Assembly (NCBI GenBank): GCA_030390025.1
Contig: CM059432.1
Coordinates: forward strand, 21,702,001-21,766,000
From: Squalus acanthias
Lineage: Eukaryota
Length of the DNA stretch: 64,000 nucleotides
Reading direction: 5' to 3'
Below are positions 24,391-35,049 of the stretch, in pieces; position 1 is the stretch's first letter; each line of letters starts with the position of its first letter. Under the pieces are notes generated by a model. It worked only from the letters and a program-made list of their open reading frames with translations, was not told where the DNA came from and did no database searches. The translations under genes were made by a program, and so were the position numbers.

Positions 24391-25948
24391 GGAGATTATC
24401 TATAGTTGTCTGATCCCAGCTAGTCAACACAGTCTGCAACCAGCAGAGGATCTGTGCCAGTTTGACTCAGTGGTAATGTTTGACCCTGTAAGAAATGGAC
24501 ATCATTTTGAGGGATCTACTTTTGTCAAAAGATAACTCAAGCCAAATATAAAGTATACCTTAGTTTTCTTTGGGAGCCAGAGAGAAATTTTCCAGATCTT
24601 TCCCTCAGACGATGAAGTAAAAGGGCTTGAGTCCAAAATGTGTAGACGGCACATGGTCTCTGGAAGGAGCAGGCTTGATGAGTGGCACACACAACCCACA
24701 GGATAACCCATCTTGAAGGTACCAAATTCGGGCCACAAACCTGGTTGTCACCTCTCGTGCCAGCCGCCTCCCCTCTGCCACTGTTGATTTGATCCTCCCA
24801 TGACTGGAATACCCCTCCCACAACACCTGGCTCAACCCCCTTCCCTCCATGATTGGAAACCCCCGAGCATGACCCCTAACCTGAGCTTCTGCTTTGAGTC
24901 CGAGGTTTGACCCACCCCTCCCCAGAATACCAAAACCCATGTTCCCAACCATTGCTGGGAACCAGGTCCAAATTCTTCTGTGCTTTTGAAAAAAAATTGA
25001 AGCATTGGGTACAATGATTATCATACAAGTAGTGGCGACTGAATATATCACAAGAGCCACGAGTATGATTAATGTCCATCTCACATAAGCAATAAATTCC
25101 ATTTTGAACATTTGTGTATCTAGCACTTACCATAAATTGTGTGTATTTCTGCGGTTGAAGTGGAAGTATTTGTCGTGTTTAATGACTTTTTTTTCAGGAG
25201 GCTATTGGGAGTGGATTGTTAGTGGAGCACAAGGATCCTTAGTTATTTATTAGTGACAGCTGATAGTGGAAAAGGAGAGTCTTTTGAGAGGATTTTAAGT
25301 AATTGCTTCACATGGGTAGAAGGATTGTTCTTTAGTGACAATTGTGTTAGTTGTTTTATTGGTACCGTCAGCAAGAGAGATTAAAGGTGGCCTCCAAGGT
25401 ATCTAAGACATTATTTACACTTTAAGTACACAACGTAGCTAGATCTGAGTTGGGAGAAGTGCTGATTCTGGCACATTGTTATTCTATTCCCTCAGCTATA
25501 CTTTAGTTGTTGGAAAGAACATAAATGAATCAGGGACCTAACTTAATAACTTATTTTCAATTCTGTAACTGAAGAAGGTAGAAGAAGTTATATTATTATA
25601 GATACTTTGATTATTTGTAGTCTTACCCATTAGCAGTTGTGAAAGGGAATATATAATGTACTGAAACATCATATACTTCAAAATGTTATAAAGCGAGATG
25701 TCTGCACATTTTTCAACATCTCTCAGTCACCTAACATATTTTATGCTTTAACACTATTAGTTTAGCAGGTATTTCTTTTCAATTTTTCTCCCTTTTCTCT
25801 TACCTGACTCCTGCTATGCTAGAATTCCACTGAGACGGCAGTCCTTATTTAGCTCGCTGACGTGGCCTTGTGAGCATAGTCAGTAAATGTTGGTAGGCTA
25901 TTCTATCACGTGAAGGCAACACAGCCAACCCCGATCTTGTTCTAATTC

Positions 25949-26386
25949 CCATGATGCGGAGATGCCGGTGTTGGACTGGGGTGGACAAAAGTGAGAAGTC
26001 GCACAACACCAGGTTATAGTCCAACAGCTTTATTTGAAATCACAAGCTTTCGGAGCACTGCTCCTTCGTCAGGTGAAGTGAAGAAATACAAATGGTCACT
26101 GCATATATAGACAGAGAACAATGCCTGTGCAGAGAACAATGCCAGACGACTACAGTTAATCTTTCTAACTGCCCTTTATCACACCTCGGCAGAGAGACAA
26201 TCACGGCAATCAAATCCAACCAGGTCAGTCAGGAAGACATTACATCAAAGACAATAGCAAACTACAACAAAGCCAATGAGGTGGGGTCACAGGGGGTCAA
26301 ATGTGGCAGATGCTGCAGTCTGTATGGAAAACCAAAAACTTTAAACTTTTTACTTTTTTTACTGGAAATCACAGCAGGTCCTGCCG
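25949..26386 (-). mobile_element. Short non-coding Penelope family-2 derivative inside an old SINE
   Basis: Shares the 3' terminal sequence of 23510-23600; 10-bp TSD GTTCTAATTC at 25939-25948 and 26387-26396. Confidence 0.8.
26040..26076 (-). ncRNA. Minimal hammerhead ribozyme motif, intact core
   Basis: Minus strand TCAC-CTGACGA-A-GGAGC agt GCTCC-GAAA-GCTT-GTGA. Confidence 0.8.
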
Positions 26387-26934
26387 GTTCTAATTCAACA
26401 CACACGCACACACAGAGCACTTTCCAGCAGGTCACTGGCTAGTGATCAGGAGCAAGAACATTGGCTTTTGGTTCCCCCCCCGCGCCTCTCCCTAGCCTGG
26501 AGGCACCTGAGATTGTAGCACTGCAACTTCTAGCCCAGTTAAGATCAGTTACCTCGGTGTGGATTGGGAAGTGAGTCTGGGGCCTTCGGGTTCAGAGTGC
26601 TGAGTACTTACAAGAGGGGTATAGCTTTTGATATTAAAGCTCCGAGTTTATGAAACTTTACGACCTGTTTTCCAGTGGTTTCTGAGTGCATGGGTGCAGG
26701 AAATGGTATGGGGATCAATTCCGTTAGCTCCCTGGCTATCACCACCACTGCCACGATTTTCTGCCTAATTGGAAAATTCAGGCTTGCGTGTTGAAGGCTT
26801 CAACACAAAATATGTTAACAAAAACTCTGTAGTGCCATCAAAACTGTCAATTGGTGACAATTTCAAAAAGCTCAGCTGGGCTGGTGAAAACACATGACCA
26901 AGTGGTAACCCCAGACAGTGAGAAGCACATTTTT

Positions 26935-27260
26935 GTGGGGGAATCTAGAACTAGGGGGCATAATTTCAGAATAAGGGGGCACCCATTTAAAATGGAAATG
27001 AGGAGGAATTTCTTCTCTCAGAGAGTCGTGAATCTTTGGAATTCTCTTCCCCAGAGAGCTGTGGAGGCTGGGTCATTGAATATATTTAAGGTGGAGATAG
27101 ACAGATTTTTGAATGGTAAGGGAGTCAAGGGTTATGGGGAGCGGGCAGGGAAGTGGAATTGAGGCCAAGATCAGATCAGGCCATGATCTTATTGAATGAC
27201 GGAGCAGGCTCGAGGGGCCAAATGACCTACTCCTGCTCCTACGTCTTATGGTCTTATTAT
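26935..27260 (+). mobile_element. CR1 3' end
   Basis: GESRTRGHNFRIRG...[14 protein letters not shown], 3' hairpin and tail. Confidence 0.88.
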
Positions 27261-27974
27261 GTCACTGGAGCAGACCTCTAGCCCCTTTTACCCGTCCTGA
27301 TCCCTAAATGCCAGGAGGGCAACAGAGGCGCATTTGGATGCCAGCAAGAAACCTACTCACTGAAGTCGGGGATTTCCTAATTGGATGTGGGTGGGTGCTT
27401 ATTGGCGCAATTAACGTACTTTAGGAGATGTTAATGAGGTACTTTTAGATTGTGTTTAACTTAGCTCCAAATTTAAATTGAGCAGCACGGGTTTCCCAGG
27501 GGAAACTGACCAGGGAAATAGAGGCGAGTTTGAGCCTCCATGGTGGGTATATAAACTTGTCATTGTCCCATCTGAATAAAAGCTCACTTATTGCAGCTGG
27601 TGTCTCAGTTACCTCTGGCAAAGGTTTGACAGAGAGTGCTTGGGGGTATATTTTAACCTCCAAAAACAGGTGGGTTTGGGTCGGGTGGGAAGTTAAAAGT
27701 TGAAAATCTGAAACAGGGACCGACCCCGCCTTGAACCCACCCACTTCTCATTTTAACGAAGGCGGGACGAGGGGCGGGCGACTAATCAGCTCTCAGGAGG
27801 CGGGTCGGTCTTTGAAACCTTTTAAGGAGGCTGCGTGTTACTCTTTTTACAGGCTTTTTATATTTTTGACCCATGTTGGCCGTATTTCCCGGGCCTCCGA
27901 AAATCCAGCAGGTAAGAGGCGGCAAGAAGGGCTGGATCAATCAGGTAAGTGCCTTTATAACACTGCTTGTGGGC

Positions 27975-28697
27975 CAGGAGGAACACCAGCAGCAGCAGCA
28001 ACCACAAAGAAGCCTTCTCCTCAACGACCTGATGCTCCACAGGAGAGAGGGCATCAGCACAGGGCTGCACCGCGCCGGAGGCGATACCCCCAACACAGGG
28101 TATACAGGCAGAGGATGAGCTTCCACAACATGACTGAGCAGCAGTGCTTCAGGAGGCTCAGGCTATCACGCCAGGTCGTCACAGACATTTGTAGCTTGCT
28201 GGAAGAAGACCTGCTGCCCAGAGGACCTGGTGGACACGCCTTACCAGTGGCTGTCAAAGTTACCACCGCCCTCCGCTTCTTTACCTCAGGCTCCTTCCAG
28301 GGATCTGCAGCAGACATTTGTGGCATCTTGCAGTCGGCTGCCCAAAAATGCATCACACAGGCAACTGATGCCATGTATCTGGTTGGGTCCTCGACATATT
28401 GGTCCAGGAAACCATCCCGTAAACACTCCAGGAATTCCTCCTCCACAGTATTGTTACTAATTTGGTTAGCCCAATCTATATGCAGATTAAAGTCAACCAT
28501 GATGACTGCTGTGCCCTTATTGCACGCTTCTCTAATTTCCCTTTTAATGCCATCCCCAACCTTCGCATTACTGTTTGGAGGTCTATATACCACTCCCACT
28601 AACGTTTTCTGCCCCTAAGGTGGAGATGGCACTAGCAGCGGTGCACATTGCTACCTGGGAGACCCGGGATGGCCTCATAATGGCCAGATTTACTTAG
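27975..28697 (+). pseudogene. Harbinger transposase with its catalytic core replaced by a CR1 fragment
   Basis: [30 protein letters not shown] to 28378; the C-terminus [10 protein letters not shown] resumes after 28616. Confidence 0.82.
28379..28616 (-). mobile_element. Internal CR1 endonuclease fragment
   Basis: [28 protein letters not shown], homologous to 15360-15595. Confidence 0.88.
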
Positions 28698-29087
28698 CTT
28701 GCACCAGTGTACCCATATGGCTGCCAGATGCTTTACCAAAATTCACCTCCCTAACAACACCACAAAGCAGTCCTACAATGACCAAACCATTTCTATCACC
28801 CAAACCCCCATTGCTCGAGGCTAAGTGATGTCTCACCATTCACTCTAAGTGACAAAGCCACTTCCCAGGTAGCAGGCAAAAATGGAAAGACGGGAAAGTT
28901 GTGCAAAGAAATAAATTTATGTGCGTCATAAATATAACTGAAACTGAACATTAACATTTTTTCATACACTCATGTGCATTCACCTTTGCATCTAGGATTG
29001 TGTCTTTTTTCTTTTCTGAGTGCTTCTACGAGGTGCAACCCCTGTGGCTTCAACAGAGGTAGAGGCAGGCTGTTCACTTCCCTGCTT

Positions 29088-29250
29088 AGAATCATAGAAG
29101 AATCATAGAAAGTTGCAGCACGGAAGGAGGCCATTTCGGCCCATTGTGTCCGCGCCAGCCAACAAAGAGCTATCCAGCTTAATCCCACTTCCCAGCTCTT
29201 GGTCCGCAGTCCTGCAGGTTACAGCATCCCAAGTGCACATCCAAGTACTA
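29088..29250 (-). mobile_element. CR1 3' end
   Basis: agaatcatagaa tail and CR1 3' UTR in reverse. Confidence 0.75.
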
Positions 29251-30527
29251 TAGACATTTTTGGTGGACGTCCTCTGGGTTTTGGAGCCTGTGAGGGCCCC
29301 GCCAAAGACTGCTCCTCCTGCAAGGGGTAAACTCGGCCATCGGGATCCGAGACAGCATGTGGGGCTCTGACCGAGGAGTTGGCAATAGGGGAGAAGTGTG
29401 AGCGCTTTGAGAGGAGCCCCCACTTATATGTTCTCTCACACCATCATCCCTCTCATGGGCCACCGCACTTCCCTGCTAGCAAAAGAGTTGGAGAGCACCC
29501 TGCTGCACATCAGTGGGGCGAGAAATGCACAAGCCTAGTTTAATATCCCTCCTCGAGGTGAGGTCAATGAGCGTCTGCAATCTGTTGTGCACAGCAAACA
29601 TGTGCTCATGTTCCTGTGCATTTGATGCTCCATGCACATTGTCGCCATCGCCTGCGAGATGGTAGTGCTCACGTTGGAGATGGACTCCTCCATTCTCTGC
29701 ACATTTGCAGACATTGCGGCTGCAAAAGCTGCCAGAGCCTTAAGCAATTGTTGCTGCCCTACAAGATTACCCTCTTTCTCGATGGCCCCTGAGGTTCAGC
29801 ATCTGCATGCAGCTCAGCAGAGCTTGGAGCGTCCTGTGCCCTCCAGCGAGGAGTCTCCACTGCTGTCCCTGTCAACACCATCTGCTCTTGCTCACTTGTG
29901 AAGTGTGAGACACCAGGTGACAACACTACTCTATCTCGCACAGGACCCACTAAGGTGTGCGTATCTGCACTGGTGTTGGGTGCGCTTGGGTCTGGTGACG
30001 GTTCACCCTCAGAAACTGAAGCTTCCTCTGAGAAGTCCTCTTCCTCCTCTGGCTGACACTTGATGGACCTGTCGGAGAGTAAAGAGATGAATTAGAAGTG
30101 TTATGATAAGAATGGGCAACGGTACCATTATGCACATGATAACATTTCACTGGCTGCTGACATCAGTCACCATATGGGTGATTGTTGTATGCTATGTGGC
30201 TGAATGAGATTTAATTCTGTCACCAGGTTGCTGGTAGCCCCCCTCTCTTGGTCTCCCACTGGCAGCAGCTCTGCAACTCCAGAGATCTCTAGGGTCTCCC
30301 CCTCTGCTAGAGTCAAATTTGTGAATACTAGAGGGCCACTTCTGGTTCTCTGCTTCTCCCTGTTGTTGTGGGCTCTCTTCTCCTGCAAGGAGGGAAAGAA
30401 GAGAACTTTGAGTGAGAGTGATGGAATGAGTGTAAGGAATGGATGGGCTACATCTGTAGAGGTGACTATGAGGGAGTATTGTGACATTGCTAAATGGCCT
30501 CCTTCTGTGGTGTTACTTGCTATGATT

Positions 30528-31872
30528 GAACATAAGAACATAAGAAAGAGGAGCAGAATTAGGTCATTTGGCCCTTCAAGCTTGCTCTGCCATTCAACAA
30601 GATCATGGCTGATCTTCTACCTCAACTCCACCTTCCCACACTATCCCCATATCCCTTAATTCCTATCGTTCCCAAAAATTTATCGACCTCTGTCTTGAAT
30701 ATACTCAATGACTGAGCATCCACAGTTCTTTGGGGTAGAGAATTCCAAAGATTCACAACCTTTTGAGTGAAGACATTTCTCGTCATCTCAATCCTAAATG
30801 GCCGACCCCTTAATTCTGTGACTGTGACCCCGTGTTCTAGATTCCCCAGCCAGGGGAAACATTTTCCCAACATTAACCCTCTCAAGCCCCTTAAGAATTT
30901 TCTATGTTTCAATTAGATCGCCTCTCATTCTTCTAAACTCTAAGGAATATAGACCTAGTCTACTCAATCGCTCCTCATAGGGCAATCCTCTCATTCCAGG
31001 AACTAGTCTAGTGAACCTTCGCTGCACTCCCTCATTGTGTCCTCTTCACAGCTTACTTTCCCATCTAGCTTTGTATCATCAGCAAACTTGGATACGTTAC
31101 ACTCAGTCCCTTCATCTAAGGTTTTAATATAGATTGCAAATAGCTGAGGCCCAAGCACTGATCCTTACGGTACCCTGCAAGTTACAGCCTGCCAACCTGA
31201 AAAAGTCCAGTTTATTCCTACTCTCTGTTTTCTGTCCATTAACCAATCCTCAATTCATACTAATACATTACCCCCAATACCATGAGTCCTAATTTTGTGT
31301 AATAACCTCTTATATGGCACCTTATCGAATGCTTTTTGAAAGTCCAAATATACTACATCCACTGGTTCACCCTTATCCATCCTACGAGTTACATCTTCAA
31401 AAAACTCTAACAGATTTGTCAAACATAATTTCCCTTTTATAAAGCCATGTTGACTCTGCCTAATCACATTATGATTTTCGAAGTACCCTGTTACGTCCTT
31501 AATAATAGATTCTAGCATTTTACCTCCTACTGATGTCAGGCTAACTGGCCTATATTTCCCCGTTTTTTCTCTTCCTCCTTTCTTAAATTGCGATGTTATG
31601 TTTGCAACCTTCCAATCCTTGGGGACTGTTCTAGAATCTAGGAAATTCTGGAAGATTAATACCAGTGTATCTCTGCAGCTACCTCTTTTAAAACCCTAGG
31701 ATGCAGATTGTCAGGTCCAGGGGATTAGTCACCACTTAGTACCATTCATTTCTCCAGTACTATGTCTTTACTTATACTGATTTCTTTAAGTTCCTCATTC
31801 TCTCTAGACCCTTGGCTCCCCATTATTTCCGGAATGTTTTTTGTGTTTTCTACCGTGAAGACAGATACAAAG
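30528..31872 (-). mobile_element. CR1 LINE, truncated and internally deleted
   Basis: [40 protein letters not shown]; (CATAAGAA)n tail. Confidence 0.9.
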
Positions 31873-31899
31873 GATTAGGATGAAGGTGAGTGTCAGTGG

Positions 31900-32908
31900 T
31901 GTAATCGGTTTCTGCGGTGGCCAATTTCCTATAGGCCCTGCCGCAATCGCCAATTATTGTAAGTGGTTTCGCCCCACCCGTAGCGAGCACACAAACCCCC
32001 TTACTACAAGTTCTGGACGATAGGGATTACTGAGGACAGATTAGAATACAGACAGCGTTTTCGGGCTCACCCGTTCAGTGTTTATTAAGGTTGACAAAAC
32101 CACTCCACTCGCATACAGTACGAGCGGTGTTAACACAACAGTACAGTTTGAAACAGTACAACCCTGACTTGTCCAACAAGCCCCCGTGCTGACTTACCAC
32201 AGCCTAAAAACACCCTCCCGTGAACTAAACTATCACAGGACCCTTCCAACGCTAAACCCCCTCTGGTTTGGTAGGAACATACAGGCACCCCCTCACACAG
32301 CTAAGTGATCTTGTGGGTGTGCAGGCTTGGCAATGCTCACCTAGATTGCCCTTGATCTTGCTTGCAGCTTCCTCCCGTACATCTCGGCTACTTGGTTCCG
32401 TACCGGCCTTGCGGCATGCGAGTCCCAGTCTGAGTCGAAGTCCGTCTCGGTTGGAAGAGCAAGGCTCAGCTCCTCTTGACGTTGCCTGTGGGGAGGGCAG
32501 GAAAGAGAGAGAGAGCTATCCAAACTGCTCTCTGATACACCCCCCCAATACACAGACCGCTGTCTGTGGTTTTAATGGACACATGGCCTCAGGGAAATGG
32601 TTTCCAGGCCTCCTCCCAGGTTTGGATGGTTTAGATCTCGTTTCGATCTCCCAGCCGATTTAACTTAACGAGCTCATCTTCTTCAGAAACAATGAGTCGC
32701 CAGCCTCGTTATTCATGACTTGGGAGTGGGCCTCTCGGGCCATTGTTCCCAAGGACAGTCCGTTACCATACGAATGCAACCTGGTTACGTCAGCCACCTT
32801 CAGCTTGAGTGTTTTTCCATAGCTTCCCCCCCAGATAGCCTGTCCAGTTTTTAATAAGGGTATATGTTGGTAATCTAAAAATCCATAGAGTCTGCGCTGA
32901 CTGCTACA
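31900..32908 (-). mobile_element. Solo LTR (1009 bp) of an LTR retrotransposon or ERV
   Basis: Begins TGTA and ends TACA; 4-bp TSD GTGG at 31896-31899 and 32909-32912; AATAAA on the minus strand near 32081. Confidence 0.72.
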
Positions 32909-33821
32909 GTGGTGGTTAGTCAGATGGGGATCTGAGTAGTGAGTAGACAGTGAGGGAAGGGTGCACGGTCAGTTGGTGTGAGGAGTGATATGCAGGAGTA
33001 GGCTTGGGAAGGCAGAGTGATGGGGTTGGGGTGACAGGTACATCAGCATGTAAGTGAGTGTGGCATTGCACTCACCTTTCCTGACCTCATGAGATCATTG
33101 AATCCACTTGCGGCACTAGATCCACGTTCTCCTCACCACATCCCTGCTGCTGACCTCCTCTGCAATGTCTAGCTGTGCCCTCTTTGTCTCTTTTGCTGGT
33201 CTTTTTCTGCCATCCGCAGGGAAGAGGATCTCCCTGCGTGCTCTTACTCCCTGGACGAGCACTTCCAGGGAGGTATCTGGGAATCTTGGGGCTGCCCTCT
33301 GCCTTTCGGTCTCCATGACCCACAGAATTGTCAATGATATTCAACAATTTAGAGCTCTGGAAATCACCTTCAACACTCCTTCAGCAACCTTCAAATGAGA
33401 TGGGTGTAAGGCTTTTTTAAATATCCGAGCTGTAAACGAGTCGTTGGCGACATTATCAGACCCGCTCCATTTAATTGGGCTGGGAAACGCACATGACGCT
33501 TTTAATTGGTGCCATTGAGTTAAACGCGCAGTGCAGAAGGCGCTGTTCAAATCTTCGGGATGCCGGCCCGCTACGCAGCCTGCATGCACCCGACCCGAAT
33601 CCAAGGTAAAGATTCTGGCCAATGTTCTAATAGCAGCCTACCTCATGCTTTGTACAGTTTTAACATTACTTCTTTGCTTTGTTATCTATGTCCCCATTTA
33701 TAAAGTATGTCAGATGCTTTGTCCTATCTTCAAAACTCCTGAATCTATCCTTGCACCTCCATTGTTCAATTCTCGCCTGTTGCCTCAGCTGATAGAAAAA
33801 GAAAATCTGTTGGACATGAAT

Positions 33822-34484
33822 GCCCCGACTTTAACCTCCCTGTGCCCAATGAGACTGGGGAATGTGGGGGATTAAAATAGGAGCAGAGTACCTACCTCCA
33901 CATTTGCACCGCATTCTCGCCTGCTGCCAATTTAACTCTCGTGCAGCCCAACTCTTCATAAATATCCAATAGTCGGGGTCCTGTGATGCAAACAGGACCC
34001 TGGAAACAATTTGAACGCGCGGTCGCACGACTCTCGGTGAGTGCTGGACCCGGCGGAGAAAGCTGGCAGCAAAGGGATCCAGGGCCAGAAGAGGCGTAGC
34101 AAGTTTCCAAACGTTCTTTGAATAGTTTCCGTGTGGTCTAGGAGAAGGAGGAGTGCTCCTCCAGGACCCGCCCCGGGCTTCTCCCCACCTTCATCCCTCG
34201 ACTGAAATCATAATCCGACCACCCCCCCCCCCCAACACCAGCCCCAATCGCCACCTTTCCCTTCCCAGAGACTTACCTTAGTGCCGGGGATTGTTCCTTT
34301 GAACCGAAACAGGTATTGATTCCACTCGGTTCCGGTGGGAGTCTTGATTCCAGGTTGCAGATAGGACCCAGTGCTTAAAATGGGTCGGGTCTCATGTCGG
34401 CGAGGTCGTGAGGCCTTGTCGCTCGCTCTGGCTCTTCCCCCACCCCACCACGCTGCGCTCGCTCCCTGAGTTAAAATCAGGGCT
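33822..34484. mobile_element. Harbinger-type MITE
   Basis: TIRs gccccgactttaac / gttaaaatcagggc. Confidence 0.7.
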
Positions 34485-34739
34485 GAGGAGTCCACACCCA
34501 CAGCATTAGCCTGGTAACAATTACCTTCTTTTCTCTTTACAGACGATGAAAGATCTCTGTTTATTTTTAGCATTTTCTGCTTTTACTTCCAGCAGCTGCC
34601 GTTTATTTCCTATTATTGGTCACAGATGATATTTCCTTGGCCCTGCAGCACAGCGCCTTCATGTTCCATTAAGTCTTTGATCCTCTGGCTCTATTTATCT
34701 TTTTAACCTTCCTTCAATCTCCTTTCTAACCGGGATATC

Positions 34740-35010
34740 AAATCGTAGAAATTACAACACAGAAGGAGGCCATTCAGCCTGTCGTACTTGTGCCAGTGGT
34801 AGCTCATTTACTGGAGCTATCTACTCTAATCTGAATCCCTTGCAGCATTCTTTTCACATACTTATCAATTACTTTCTAAATGGTGTTATCATCTCTGCCT
34901 CAACAGGCAGTTGTGGTAAAGCATTGCACGATCTAATGACCCTTGAAGCGAAAAGGATTCTTCTAAGTTTGCCCTGCATTCTAGTGTTAATCTTCAGTTG
35001 ATGCCCCCTT
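34740..35010 (-). mobile_element. Old CR1 3' end
   Basis: acaacacagaaggaggccattcagcc is the CR1 3' UTR in reverse. Confidence 0.6.
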
Positions 35011-35049
35011 GCGGGCAGAAATGTTGTGGCACTGATTTACGTGACAGAA

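Larger units (their letters stand above)
28990..33316 (-). pseudogene. Harbinger Myb/SANT-like gene, multi-exon
   Basis: Exon 33316-33076 (METERQRAAPRFPDTSLEVLV...) ends AAG|GTGAGT; exon 30382-30224 (EKRAHNNREKQRTRSGP) follows a polypyrimidine-CAG; the next acceptor is at 30069. Confidence 0.75.
27641..33620 (+). mobile_element. Decayed Harbinger/PIF transposon with nested insertions
   Basis: HARBI1-like transposase on plus, spliced Myb/SANT-like gene convergent on minus, GC-rich terminal regions; contains CR1 pieces and a solo LTR. The left end may come from a related MITE. Confidence 0.8.

Noticed and set aside
24605..25126. 173-aa hydrophobic ORF
   Set aside because: No recognisable domain; it starts at a non-ATG codon and crosses low-complexity, repeat-like sequence.
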